Part shown: positions 50,446 to 61,064 of the stretch, piece after piece
Layout: each line of letters opens with the position of its first letter
How positions within the stretch are numbered: the stretch's first letter is position 1
From: an uncultured Chloroflexia bacterium
GTDB taxonomy: Bacteria > Chloroflexota > Limnocylindria > QHBO01
Assembly (NCBI GenBank): GCA_963827475.1
Contig: CAWHAZ010000005.1
Location: 640,001 to 704,000, forward strand
Reading direction: 5' to 3'
DNA: 64,000 bases
The notes under the pieces: model-generated
The model's input: the letters and a program-made list of their open reading frames with translations, nothing else
What the model was told of the DNA's origin: nothing
The model's database searches: none
Translations under genes and position numbers: made by a program

Positions 50446-51627
50446 ATGGCAGTAAAGGTCCTGGTCGTCGACGACGACCTCAACATCCAGCGCGTCCTGA
50501 GCTTCACCCTCAAGCAGGAGGGGTTCGACGTCCTGCTGGCCGGCGACGGCGAGACCGGCATCGCACTGGCGGCGGAGCAGTCGCCGGACCTCATCCTCAT
50601 GGACGCCGCCCTGCCGGGCATCGACGGCTACCAGGCCATCACGCGGATCCGCGGCGCGGAGGCCGCGGGTCATCGCGTCCCGATCCTCCTCCTCACCACC
50701 GAGGCCGACGTCGTCCAGCGGGTCAAGGGACTGCGGGCGGGCGCCGATGACGACATCGTCAAGCCGTTCCACCCGGCCGAGCTCATGGCTCGCATCCGGG
50801 CCCTGCTGGCCCGCAGCGGCCTTGGCGGCCCGCGAGCGGGATCGGTCCAGGCGACGCTGCGGCGGGTGATCGTCTTCTACGGCGCGAAGGGTGGGGTCGG
50901 AAACACCACGCTGGCGATCAACACCGCCATCGCCCTCGCCGCCGAGCACAAGCGCCGCGTCGCGCTGGTGGACGCCAACCTGCAGTTCGGCGATCTGCGC
51001 GTCTTTCTCGACCTCAAGCTCGATACCGCCTCGATCGTCAACGCGATGTCCGAACCGGAGCTCGACGCCGATCTCCTCCGGCGGTTGGTCGTGTCCCATT
51101 CATCGGGGATCGACCTCCTGCTGGCCCCGACCGCCCCCGAGCAGGCCGATGTCGTGGTGGAGAGCCACCGCGCGTCGCCCGACGCGCTGTCGCACGTCGT
51201 GGACCTCATGCGCGGTCTGTACGACTACACCGTCATTGACGCCCAGCGGAGCCTGGACAACATCACGATTCACCTGTTCGACGAAGCCGACGTCGTGTAC
51301 GTGATCCTCACCGCCGACCTGTCGTGCCTGAAGAACGTCCAGCTCGTGCTGAAAACCATGAACGAGCTCGGGTATTCCCGGGACAAGGTCCAGCTCGTCC
51401 TCAATCGCTCGAACGCGTTCACCGGCATCAACATCGCCAACGCCGAGAGCGTCCTCGGGCGACCGATCAGCCACAAGGTGATCAACGAGTATCGTGGCGC
51501 CATCGGTGCGCTGAACTCCGGCGCCCCATTCATGATCAGTCGTCCCGGGAGCCCGCTCGCCAAGGCCGTCAGCGACTTCGCGGCCACCGTCGACAAGGAG
51601 CTGTCGGTCGTCGAGGTCGAGGCCTGA
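50446..51627 (+). CDS. Receiver domain + MinD-like ATPase (CpaE/TadZ family)
   Basis: Canonical REC (VDDD, MD, T, KPF); GAKGGVGNTT and VDANLQFGD motifs. Confidence 0.88.
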   Translation: MAVKVLVVDDDLNIQRVLSFTLKQEGFDVLLAGDGETGIALAAEQSPDLILMDAALPGIDGYQAITRIRGAEAAGHRVPILLLTTEADVVQRVKGLRAGADDDIVKPFHPAELMARIRALLARSGLGGPRAGSVQATLRRVIVFYGAKGGVGNTTLAINTAIALAAEHKRRVALVDANLQFGDLRVFLDLKLDTASIVNAMSEPELDADLLRRLVVSHSSGIDLLLAPTAPEQADVVVESHRASPDALSHVVDLMRGLYDYTVIDAQRSLDNITIHLFDEADVVYVILTADLSCLKNVQLVLKTMNELGYSRDKVQLVLNRSNAFTGINIANAESVLGRPISHKVINEYRGAIGALNSGAPFMISRPGSPLAKAVSDFAATVDKELSVVEVEA

Positions 51628-51736
51628 CCGAGGCAACCGCCGCCTAATCCCCGCGTAACCGCCCACCCGGACACTTCGGCCGCCGGTCGCCGCCGGATCA
51701 GGGAGGCGAGCAGGCGGCGCCGGCTTTCATTCCTTC

Positions 51737-53260
51737 GTGCCTGCCTCCGGGAGCGGGGCGGTGCTGGCCGAGACGATGAGCGCATCCATCCGTGGGGTGG
51801 AGGCGGTGCCGGTCCGGGTCGAGGTCGACGTCGCGTTCGGCCTGCCCGGACTCACGATTGTCGGATTGGCCGGCAGCGCGGTGCAGGAGGCTCGCGAGCG
51901 GGTCCGGAGCGCCATCCGCAACAGCGGCTTCGAGGTGCCCGCACGCCGGATCACGGTCAACCTCGCCCCGGCCGACCTGCCGAAGGAGGGCACCGCCCAC
52001 GACCTCGCCATCGGCGTCGGCCTCCTCGCGGCATCGGGCCAGCTCGATGCGGAGCTGCGGGCCACCGCGCTGCTCGGCGAGCTCGCTCTCGACGGCTCGC
52101 TGCGCCCGGTGCCCGGCACCCTGGCCCTCGTCGCGGCAGCGCGCGACGCGGGGCATCGCTCGGCCGTGGTCGCCCGCGACGACCTCGTAGAGGCGGCGGC
52201 GGTCTCCGGCATCGTGGTCCACGGGGCGCGCTCGCTGGGCGACGCGGTCGCGCATCTCGCGGGCGTCCGGCCGCTCCCAGCCGCGATGCCCACCCCGCTG
52301 CCGGCCTGGACGCCACCCGCCGCCGCGGTGGACCTGCGCGATGTGGTGGGGCAAGCCGTCGCGCGACGCGCGCTCGAGATCGCACTCGCCGGCGGGCACA
52401 ACCTCGCCCTGGTCGGACCGCCGGGGGTCGGAAAGACCCTCCTCCTGTCCGCGGCGGCCGGCCTGCTGCCGCCCCTCGACGACCGGGAGGCGGTGGAGGT
52501 CAGCCGCATCTACTCGGTTGCCGGGCTGGCGGATCGGCACGTGCCGCTGACTCGCGTTCGGCCCGTCCGCGCTCCGCATCACACCACCTCGGTCCAGGCC
52601 CTCGTCGGGGGCGGGGAGCGGATCCGGCCCGGCGAGGCGAGCCTGGCCCACCGGGGGGCGCTCATCCTCGACGAGCTGCTCCAGTTCCGGTCCGACGCGC
52701 TCGACGCCCTGCGCCAGCCGCTCGAGTCGGGCGAGGTGGCGATCGCGCGGGTCGAGGGGGCGCTGCGCCTGCCGGCGCGCTTCACGCTGCTCACCGCCTT
52801 CAATCCCTGCCCGTGTGGCTGGTTCGGCGCGCGGGCTCGAGCCTGCGACTGCGACCCGGCGGTCGTCCAGCGCTACGGACGCCGCCTGTCGGGGCCGCTC
52901 CGCGACCGGATCGATCTGTGGGTGACCCTGAACGAGCCGCGCCGGGTCCTCGCCGATCGTGACAGCGAGGACAGCGCGACGGTCGCGGGGCGGGTGCGGG
53001 ATGCCTGGACCCGACAGCAGGACCGGCAGGGCGCTCCGAACGCCACGCTCGGCCCGGATGCCCTGTCCGGCGACCTCGGGTTCGGTCCGGACGCCCTGCG
53101 CAGCCTGACGACGCTGGTCCGCGCCCTCCGCCTGTCGCCGCGCCGCGCCCATCGTGCCGCCTGGCTGGGACGCACGATCGCCGACCTGGAGGCGTCCGAC
53201 GTCGTGCGCCCGGCTCACGTCGAGGAGGCCCTCCGCTACCGTCCGCCGGTGGCCGCGTGA
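51737..53260 (+). CDS. comM: YifB/ComM Mg-chelatase-like AAA+ ATPase
   Basis: VGL....V.E..ERV, NLAPADLPKEG, GPPGVGKT, APHH and NPCPCG motifs. Confidence 0.92.
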   Translation: MPASGSGAVLAETMSASIRGVEAVPVRVEVDVAFGLPGLTIVGLAGSAVQEARERVRSAIRNSGFEVPARRITVNLAPADLPKEGTAHDLAIGVGLLAASGQLDAELRATALLGELALDGSLRPVPGTLALVAAARDAGHRSAVVARDDLVEAAAVSGIVVHGARSLGDAVAHLAGVRPLPAAMPTPLPAWTPPAAAVDLRDVVGQAVARRALEIALAGGHNLALVGPPGVGKTLLLSAAAGLLPPLDDREAVEVSRIYSVAGLADRHVPLTRVRPVRAPHHTTSVQALVGGGERIRPGEASLAHRGALILDELLQFRSDALDALRQPLESGEVAIARVEGALRLPARFTLLTAFNPCPCGWFGARARACDCDPAVVQRYGRRLSGPLRDRIDLWVTLNEPRRVLADRDSEDSATVAGRVRDAWTRQQDRQGAPNATLGPDALSGDLGFGPDALRSLTTLVRALRLSPRRAHRAAWLGRTIADLEASDVVRPAHVEEALRYRPPVAA

Positions 53261-54498
53261 CCGTCCCGCTCGCCAGTCGCGGTCTGCGGCGCCCGGGCGC
53301 GTGGACGGGGCTCGCCCTCGCCGACCTCGACCCGGATCGCGAACGCCCGTACTGGATCGTCATCGCCCAGGTCCCCGGCATCGGCCCGGTGTCCGTCGCC
53401 CGCCTGGTGGCCCAAGCCGGCAGCCTCCGTGCTGCGTGGGAGGCCGGACTGGTGGAGCAGGTCGTGACGGCCCTTCCCGCCGACGTGCGGAGGGCGGCGA
53501 CCGACCAGGTTCGCCGTGCCCGGGCGCAGGGCCTGCACGCCCTGGCGGCGGAGCTGACCGCTCGCGGCCGTGCGAGGGGCATCCGGCCCCTGACCGCGCT
53601 CGATGGCTCGTACCCGCCCCGCCTCACCCATCTCGATCCGCGACCCGCGGTCCTGTGGGCCGCCGGCGACCCCGCCGCCTGGCAGGCGACCGCGGTGGCC
53701 GTGGTGGGCACTCGCCGCCCGAGCGGTTACGGGCGCGCCGCGGCGGAGGAGATCGGCGATGAGCTGGCGCGCGCGGGCGTCACCGTCGTGAGCGGGCTGG
53801 CGGTCGGCATCGACGCAGTGGCCCACGCGGCCGCGATCGCCGCCGGAGGCCGGAGCGTGGCGGTCCTGCCCTCACCCATCGACCGCATCTATCCGCCGGT
53901 TCATCACGAGCTCGCGAGGCGCCTCGTCCGCTCCGGCGGCGCGTTGCTCAGCGAGCTGCCGCCCGGCCAGCGGCCCGGCCGGCCGGACTTCGCCCGCCGG
54001 AACACGATCATCGCCGGCCTGTCCGAGGCGGTGGTCGTGGTCGAGGCGCCGGACCACTCCGGCGCGCTCCTGACCGCGGATGCGGCCATCGGATACGGCC
54101 GGGAGCTGTTCGCCGTGCCGGGACCGATGGACGCGGCCACCTCGCGCGGGACGAACCGCCTGATCGCCGACCACGTCGCGACCCTGGTCACGTCACCGCC
54201 CGCCCTGCTCCACCTCATCGGTCTGCAGCGGGGGAAATTCCCGGTCAGCGTTCGCTCGCTGTCGGAAGCCGAAGGGCTCGTCCTGGCCGCCATCCTGAAG
54301 CGCTCCGGGTCGATCGAGGAGCTCGCCCCACGGGTCAAGCTGCCCACCTCGCTGCTGGCGGCGACCCTGACCATGCTCGAGGCCCGAGGGCTGGTCACCG
54401 CCTACTCGGGCGCGACCTTCCACGCCACCCTGGAAGCACGGCGGAGCGGGTGGGGAACCACGCCTGCGCCACCGGTTCCGATCGTGGCGAGCGCCTGA
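53257..54498 (+). CDS. dprA: DNA processing protein DprA
   Basis: AVVGTR, VSGLAVGID, F..RN.II and SGAL.TA motifs; winged-helix C-terminus. Confidence 0.93.
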   Translation: MTVPLASRGLRRPGAWTGLALADLDPDRERPYWIVIAQVPGIGPVSVARLVAQAGSLRAAWEAGLVEQVVTALPADVRRAATDQVRRARAQGLHALAAELTARGRARGIRPLTALDGSYPPRLTHLDPRPAVLWAAGDPAAWQATAVAVVGTRRPSGYGRAAAEEIGDELARAGVTVVSGLAVGIDAVAHAAAIAAGGRSVAVLPSPIDRIYPPVHHELARRLVRSGGALLSELPPGQRPGRPDFARRNTIIAGLSEAVVVVEAPDHSGALLTADAAIGYGRELFAVPGPMDAATSRGTNRLIADHVATLVTSPPALLHLIGLQRGKFPVSVRSLSEAEGLVLAAILKRSGSIEELAPRVKLPTSLLAATLTMLEARGLVTAYSGATFHATLEARRSGWGTTPAPPVPIVASA

Positions 54499-54628
54499 TT
54501 GCGTGTTCGGGCTATACTTCGGGCTCCCCTCAAGACCCTCGGGCCGTATACGATGCTGCCCGCCGGTCCGCAGGAGCAACTGTCTATTGCCCTCTCCGTC
54601 GACACAAGTCGCGGGGGACCTTCGCCGA

Positions 54629-56201
54629 TTGGTCGCGTACGCCGCGCCGATACGCCGACATCGGGTCATCACCCATCTCACGGTCGCTGCCACTGCCCTC
54701 GCGGTGGCGGTTGGGATGGCCATCCCTGCCGCACCGGTCATCCAGGCCGGACTCCAGCCTGCCGCCGCGCCAGGAATCCATCCTGCCCGCAAACATCGGC
54801 GAGGGCCTGCCCTCCGGTGAGCCGGTCGTCCTCAAGTTCCCCGGACCGATGGACCGGTCGGCGGTGGCGGCCGCCCTGGGCCTCGCCCCGGCGACTGACG
54901 TCAGCCTGCGCTGGAATGCCGACGGGAGCGCGCTGACCCTCATCCCGGCTCCCCGCTGGGCGGTCGACGAGCGCTACGTCGTCCACGTCCCGGCTGGAAC
55001 GCCGATGGCCGACGGCCGTGGCCTGGCGGCGGACTGGCGGGCGTCATTCACCACCCAGACCGCACCGCAGGTGGTTCGGCTCCGAGTCGACGGCGTGGTC
55101 GACACCCCGTCCCAGCTGCCCGTCATCCGCCAGGAGGTCATGGCTTCGACCGGCCCGCCGGATGCCGCAACAAGCGCCCTGAGCGACGACCTGGAAACCG
55201 ATGCCAGCGCCGGCACCCGCGTCGGTGTCACATTCAGCACCGCCATGACTCCGGCAGCCACCGAGCAGGCGTTCCGGATCTCGCCGGCCACCGCCGGGTC
55301 GCTGGCGTGGGAAGGAACCACCCTCTGGTTCACCCCCGGCGGCCGTCTCGCGGCGGGCACCCGATACACGGTCACCGTGGCCGGCGCTCGCGACGTGGGC
55401 GGCAACCTGATCGGTGGCGACACGAGCTTCAGCTTCACGACCCGACCGCTGGCCCTCGCGCTCACGGTCGCGCCGGGGATCGGTGAGCGCGGCGTCTCGG
55501 CCGCAGCCTCGATCCAGATCAGCTTCAGTCAGCCGATGGACGTCGCCCGGACCGGAGCCGCGGTCAGCCTGACCGATGCCGCAACCGGCCAGGCGATCGC
55601 CGCTTCCGTCTCCTGGAGCGGTGATGCCACGGTCATGACCTTCGACCCGACCGCCGACCTTGGTGCGGGCCGCGCGTACACGGCATCGCTCGGTTCCGGC
55701 GCCCGCGACCTCGACGGGAACCCGGTCACCTTCTCGTGGGGATTCACGACGGCCGGCCCGGCTCGCGTTGCCACGCCGGCCGTCCCGGTCTCCGGGAGCG
55801 GGGCCCAGTACGGGCTGAACCAGGTGAATGCCGCACGCGCGTCGTACGGACGCGCGCCGCTGGCCCTCGACTCGACCATCTCGGCGGTGGCCTACGGCCA
55901 CGCCGCCGACATGGCGACCTACGGCTATTTCAGCCACACGTCGCTCAGCGGGATGACCTATCGGCAGCGTCTCACCGCGGGCGGCGTGTCGTACGGGAAC
56001 TCCGGCGAGAACATCTGCTACCTCGGCGGCGCGTCGGTGGAGGCCACCCTGAACTGGTGCCATGCCCAGTTCATGGCCGAGCCCTTCCCGGGCGGCGGCA
56101 ACCACAAGGACAACATCCTCAGCCCCAACTACCACCGGGTCGGCATCGGCATCGCGATCGGCGGCGGCAGGGTGTACGTCGTCTGGGACTTCACCGACTG
56201 A
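54629..56201 (+). CDS. Secreted protein with three Ig-like (Big_5/SbsA) domains and a C-terminal CAP domain; frameshift near 54770
   Basis: Repeated F..PMD..L...Y...D..GN..FTT units; N..RA, H..DM...YFSH, GENI, H..NIL and GIG CAP motifs; the signal peptide is in an upstream frame. Confidence 0.82.
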
Positions 56202-56267
56202 GCCGGCGACCGGCGGTAAGCCGCCGGTACCAGCGCCGCGGAAACCCGGTGCTACACTCCCGCACCG

Positions 56268-58517
56268 ATGTCGGGACCCCGGGCCACGGGCGGCGACCTC
56301 GTCATCGTTGAGTCGCCGGCCAAGGCGAAGACCATTGAACGCTATCTCGGCGACGGCTATCACGTCCTCGCCTCGTACGGCCATGTCCGCGACCTCCCGC
56401 GAAAGGGCCTCGGGGTCGACCTCGAGCACGACTTCGCGCCCCGCTACGAGCCCCTGCCGGACCGTGCGGACGAGCTGAAGCGCCTGACAGCCGCCGCCCG
56501 CTCTGCCGGCACGGTCTGGCTGGCCACGGACCTCGACCGCGAGGGCGAGTCGATCGCCTGGCACATCGCCGAGCATGCCGGCATCGATGGGGATCGCATC
56601 CGGCGGGTCACATTCAACGAGATCACCAAGACCGCGATCGAGGCCGCGTTCGCCAGCCCGCGCGACCTGAACCTCGACCTGGTGGACGCCCAGCAGGCGC
56701 GCCGGATCATCGACCGACTGGTCGGGTACAAGCTCAGTCCGCTGGTCGCCAGCAAGATCCGCCGTGGCCTGACTGCGGGACGGGTGCAGAGCGTCGCCGT
56801 CCGCCTGGTGGTCGACCGCGAGCGCGAGATCCAGGCCTTCGTCCCGGTCGAGTACTGGACCATCGGCGCCGACGTGCGCCGCGGGGAGACGGGCGTCGTC
56901 TTTCGGATCGGTCTGACCAAGGTCGACGGCCAGAAGGCGGAGGTCAGCTCCGGCGACGAGGCCGCGGCGATCGTGGCCGGCCTCCGCGAGGCCACGTACG
57001 TGGTCAGCGACGTCACCCGCAGCGAGCGGCGCCAGAACGCGCCTCCACCGTTCACGACGAGCACCCTCCAGCAGGAGGCGTCGCGCAAGCTGGGCTTCAA
57101 TGCCCGGCGCACGATGTCGGCCGCCCAGGCGCTGTACGAGGGGATCTCCCTGCCGGAGGGGCAGGTCGGGCTGATCACCTACATGCGCACCGATTCGGTG
57201 ACCATTGCCGCCAGCGCCGTGGCGGAGGCCCGCGAGGTCATTGCCGGGCGGTACGGGACCAGCTCCGTGCCCGAGCAGCCGAACACCTACCGCACGCGGT
57301 CGCGCGGGGCCCAAGAGGCGCACGAGGCGATCCGGCCGTCGAGCTTCGCCCGGGCCCCGGAATCGCTGGAGGGGGCGCTCAAGCCGGACCACGCCCGGCT
57401 GTACGACCTCATCTGGCGACGAGCGATGGCCAGCCAGATGGCGCCCGCCGTCTTCGATCAGGTGGGAGTGGACGTCGAGGCCGGCCGCTACCTGCTCCAC
57501 GCCGGTGCGCGGAAGCGGATTTTCGACGGCTACCAGGCGGTCTACATCGAGGGACGGGACGAGGAGGAGGACCCGGCAGCACCGAAGCTCCCGGACCTCG
57601 CCGTCGGCGAGACCCTCGAGCTGGTGGAGCTGGTCTCGGACCAGCACTTCACCGAGCCACCGCCGCGCTTCAGCGAGGCCACCCTGATCAAGGCGCTCGA
57701 GGAGCACGGCATCGGCCGTCCGTCGACCTACGCTCCGACGATGGAGGTCATCCGGGCACGTGGCTACGTCGAGCTCCGCGACCGTCGGCTGCACCCCACC
57801 GAGGAGGCGTTCCTCCTGACCGACATGCTGACCGGGCATTTCGCCGATGTCGTCGACCCGGAGTTCACGGCGCGCATGGAAACCCAGCTCGACGAGGTGG
57901 CCGGCGGCCGCCGCGAATGGGTGCCCATGGTCCGCGACTTCTGGGTGCCGTTCGAGGAGCTCGTCCGCCGCGGCAAGGAGGAGATCCCGAAGAACGTCGA
58001 GGAGACCGACATCATCTGTCCGGTCTCCGGCCATCCGATGCTGAAGCGCCTCGGCAAGAACGGGTGGTTCCTCGGCTGCAGCGGATATCCCGAATGCAAG
58101 CACACGATGCCACTGCCGGGCGAGGAAGACCCCGCCCTCGACCTGCCAGGCGCCGGCGAGACGTGCCCCGAATGCGGGGAGGGGACGCTGACCGGCAAGC
58201 GCAGCCGGTTTGGGCCGTTCCTCGGCTGCAGTCGCTATCCGGACTGCAAATACATCCATCGCCCGGAGCCTGATCCTGCCACCGCCGGCCCCGACGGGGC
58301 GGCCCCTGCGGACCTGGAGGGCGTGGGCGAAGTGTGTCCCGAGTGCGGGCAGGGCACCCTGGCCGCGAAGCGTGGGCGGTACGGGCCCTTCGTCGGGTGC
58401 AACCGATACCCGGACTGCCGCTACATCCGTAAGCGGGCCGGGAAGGCGAACGGAGCCTCATCTGGTCGACGGCCACGGCGGCGTGGCGCCAAACGGCGGG
58501 CCTCACCGCGTGCCTGA
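56268..58517 (+). CDS. topA: DNA topoisomerase I
   Basis: IVESPAK, DLDREGE, AGRVQS, ITYMRTD and GIGRPST motifs; three C-terminal Zn-ribbon repeats. Confidence 0.96.
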   Translation: MSGPRATGGDLVIVESPAKAKTIERYLGDGYHVLASYGHVRDLPRKGLGVDLEHDFAPRYEPLPDRADELKRLTAAARSAGTVWLATDLDREGESIAWHIAEHAGIDGDRIRRVTFNEITKTAIEAAFASPRDLNLDLVDAQQARRIIDRLVGYKLSPLVASKIRRGLTAGRVQSVAVRLVVDREREIQAFVPVEYWTIGADVRRGETGVVFRIGLTKVDGQKAEVSSGDEAAAIVAGLREATYVVSDVTRSERRQNAPPPFTTSTLQQEASRKLGFNARRTMSAAQALYEGISLPEGQVGLITYMRTDSVTIAASAVAEAREVIAGRYGTSSVPEQPNTYRTRSRGAQEAHEAIRPSSFARAPESLEGALKPDHARLYDLIWRRAMASQMAPAVFDQVGVDVEAGRYLLHAGARKRIFDGYQAVYIEGRDEEEDPAAPKLPDLAVGETLELVELVSDQHFTEPPPRFSEATLIKALEEHGIGRPSTYAPTMEVIRARGYVELRDRRLHPTEEAFLLTDMLTGHFADVVDPEFTARMETQLDEVAGGRREWVPMVRDFWVPFEELVRRGKEEIPKNVEETDIICPVSGHPMLKRLGKNGWFLGCSGYPECKHTMPLPGEEDPALDLPGAGETCPECGEGTLTGKRSRFGPFLGCSRYPDCKYIHRPEPDPATAGPDGAAPADLEGVGEVCPECGQGTLAAKRGRYGPFVGCNRYPDCRYIRKRAGKANGASSGRRPRRRGAKRRASPRA

Positions 58518-59484
58518 GCCGGCGGCGCTCACCCGAGACGGGTTCGCGTCCGCCGTCGATCGGTTCACCGCCCACCTCGAAACCCGCCACGCCTCACCCG
58601 GCACGGTGGTCGAGTACCGTCGCCACCTCGGCGAGCTGGGGGCGTTTCTCAGCGGCCGTGGCGCGGACTGGCGGGCACCGGATCGAGCGGACCTGCGGGC
58701 GTGGTTGGCGGTTCTCGCCGCCCGCGAGCTGTCGGCATCCGCGGTCGGCGGCCGGCTCAGCGCGGCCCGCAGCTTCTACCGTCACGCGGTGCGACAGGAG
58801 TGGATCGCCGCGGATCCGATGGTCGGCGTCCGCTCCCCGCGTCGGCCGCGTCGACTGCCGCGGGTTCTGAGCGTGGACGAGGCAGAGCGCCTGGTCGAGG
58901 CTCCGGCCCGCCGGCCGACGGACCGCCCGCTCTCGGATGCGCTCCACCGGCGTGACGCGGCCATCCTCGAGCTCCTCTACGCGACCGGAATGCGGATCAG
59001 CGAGCTCGCGGGTCTGTCCCTGTCCGACGTCGATCTCGGGCGCCGGCGCCTGCGGGTCCTGGGCAAGGGTCGGAAGGAGCGGGACCTCATCTTCGGGCGC
59101 CCGGCAGCCACGGCGCTGGGGGCCTACCTCGGGGTCGGGCGGCCGTTCCTCGCCGCGCGCGGCTCGGCCGCCCCAGGGACCTCGGCCGTGTTCCTGAACG
59201 CGGGCGGCAGCCGGTTGACCGCGCGCGGCGCCCGGCTCGTGGTCGCGCGCTGGGTGGACGCCACCGATCTCGGGAGCCGGACCTCGCCCCATACCCTCCG
59301 TCACTCGTTCGCCACGCACCTGCTGGAGGGCGGCGCGGACCTGCGGACCGTCCAGGAGCTGCTCGGCCACGCCTCGGCCCAGACCACCCAGATCTACACC
59401 CACCTCTCGGACGCCGCCCTGCGGTCGGCCTATCGGTCCGCCCACCCGCGATCCACCGTCCGCGCCGCCCGGCCTCGGCGATGA
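58510..59484 (+). CDS. xerC: Tyrosine recombinase XerC/XerD
   Basis: [25 protein letters not shown] and TQIY motifs; follows topA. Confidence 0.88.
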   Translation: MPEPAALTRDGFASAVDRFTAHLETRHASPGTVVEYRRHLGELGAFLSGRGADWRAPDRADLRAWLAVLAARELSASAVGGRLSAARSFYRHAVRQEWIAADPMVGVRSPRRPRRLPRVLSVDEAERLVEAPARRPTDRPLSDALHRRDAAILELLYATGMRISELAGLSLSDVDLGRRRLRVLGKGRKERDLIFGRPAATALGAYLGVGRPFLAARGSAAPGTSAVFLNAGGSRLTARGARLVVARWVDATDLGSRTSPHTLRHSFATHLLEGGADLRTVQELLGHASAQTTQIYTHLSDAALRSAYRSAHPRSTVRAARPRR

Positions 59485-61064
59485 CCGCCCCGCGCCCCGA
59501 CCTCGCGGCGACGGCCGGCGTGGTGGTCCGCGCCGGCCTGGTGATGACCGCGGCGGCGGTGGTCAGCCGCATCCTGGGCTGGATCCGCCTGCTGGTCATC
59601 GGCGCCGAGTTCGGGGCCACCTCGGAGCTCGACGCCTACCTGGCCGCCTTCCGCATCCCGGATGCCATCTTCCAGCTGATCGTGGCCGGCGCCCTGTCCG
59701 CGGCGCTCATCCCGGTCTATGCCGGCTACCGGGCCCGCGGCGAGGAGGCGGAGGGCTGGGCCCTCGCCAGCAGCATCATCAACCTCGTCGTCCTGGCGCT
59801 TGCCGGCCTGAGCGCGCTGATGGCCATCGCCGCGCCGTGGCTGGTGCCGATCATCGCCCCCGGCTTCGACGCCGAGACGACCGCGCTCACCGTCCGACTC
59901 ACCCAGCTCATGCTGCTCAGCCCGGTCTTCATCGGTCTTGGCGCGGTGGTCAGCGGCCTGCTCCAGGCCCACGGCACGTTCGGGCCGACCGCGGTGGCTC
60001 CGCTCGTCTACAACCTGGCGATCATCGCGGCGGCGGTCTTCGTCGCGCCCACGCTCGGGGTGGAGGCCCTGGCGGCCGGCGTGGTGGCCGGCGCCATCGG
60101 TCACCTCATCGTCCAGCTGCCGGCCCTGCGTCGCCTCGAGCCGTCCTGGCGGCCGCGGATCGACCTCCGCCATCGCGGCGTGCGGCGTGTCTCGGTGCTC
60201 ATGGGCCCACGCTTCCTCGGCCTCGCCGCCGGTCAGGTGAACCTCATCGTCAGCACCGCCCTGGCCTCCGGCCTGGCTGCGGGCAGCATCACCGCCTTCA
60301 CCTATGCGTTCCAGCTCAGCCAGCTGCCGGTGGGGATCATCGGCGTGTCGATCGCGGTTGCCATGTTCCCGACCCTCTCGCGCGACGCCGCCCTCGGGCG
60401 CGCCTCCGAGATCCGGCGCCAGGTCAACGCGTCCATCCGGGTGCTGTTCTTCATCTCCGCCCCGCTCGCCGTGCTCATGATCGTGCTCCGCGAGCCGCTG
60501 GCATCGGTCTTCTTCGAGTACGGCCTGTTCGCCGCCGAGGACGCGGAGCGCACCGCGTCAGCCCTCGCCTGGTTCGCGATCGGGGTCCCGGCTCACGTGG
60601 TGGTCCACGTCCTGGCCCGAGCGTTCTACGCGATGCAGGACACCTGGACCCCGGTCGTCTGGGCGGTGGTGGCGGTGGTCGCCAACATCGTGCTCATGTT
60701 CGCGCTGGTCGACCCGTATGGCGTGGAGGGTCTGGCCCTCGCCCTCTCGGTCAGCGCCACGCTCGAGGTCATCGGCCTGCTCGTCGCGTTGCGTCGACGG
60801 CTGGGAACCCTCGACGGGCGGTTCCTGCTCGCCTCCATGGCCCGCTCCAGCCTGGCCACGGTGGTGGCGGGCTTCGCGATGTTCGCGAGCCTCGCGGCCC
60901 TGGACGCCGCTGCCCCCGCGTTGACCGATGGCGCGATCGGGCGGCTGGTCACGCTGCTGGTGCCGGCGGCGGTCGGCGGCATCGTCTACCTGCTGGCCGC
61001 GGTCCTGCTCCGGGCGCCTGAGCTGCCAACCGTCCGGCGGTTGCTCAGCGGCGTCCGCCGATGA
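59481..61064 (+). CDS. murJ: Lipid II flippase MurJ
   Basis: SRILG..R, AFRIPD, QLP.G and RAFYA..DT.TP motifs; multi-TM. Confidence 0.93.
   Translation: MTAPRPDLAATAGVVVRAGLVMTAAAVVSRILGWIRLLVIGAEFGATSELDAYLAAFRIPDAIFQLIVAGALSAALIPVYAGYRARGEEAEGWALASSIINLVVLALAGLSALMAIAAPWLVPIIAPGFDAETTALTVRLTQLMLLSPVFIGLGAVVSGLLQAHGTFGPTAVAPLVYNLAIIAAAVFVAPTLGVEALAAGVVAGAIGHLIVQLPALRRLEPSWRPRIDLRHRGVRRVSVLMGPRFLGLAAGQVNLIVSTALASGLAAGSITAFTYAFQLSQLPVGIIGVSIAVAMFPTLSRDAALGRASEIRRQVNASIRVLFFISAPLAVLMIVLREPLASVFFEYGLFAAEDAERTASALAWFAIGVPAHVVVHVLARAFYAMQDTWTPVVWAVVAVVANIVLMFALVDPYGVEGLALALSVSATLEVIGLLVALRRRLGTLDGRFLLASMARSSLATVVAGFAMFASLAALDAAAPALTDGAIGRLVTLLVPAAVGGIVYLLAAVLLRAPELPTVRRLLSGVRR

Noticed and set aside
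55044-58259. Long antisense ORFs (also 27078..29801, 31415..33811, 36736..39105, 11672..13741)
   Set aside because: Shadow ORFs expected opposite real genes at high GC; no recognisable motifs.
58010-58430. Repeated sequence in the topA 3' end
   Set aside because: Standard tandem Zn-ribbon domains.
58510-59484. Integrase of a mobile element
   Set aside because: It sits in the usual dprA-topA-xerC housekeeping context, with no att repeats or cargo.
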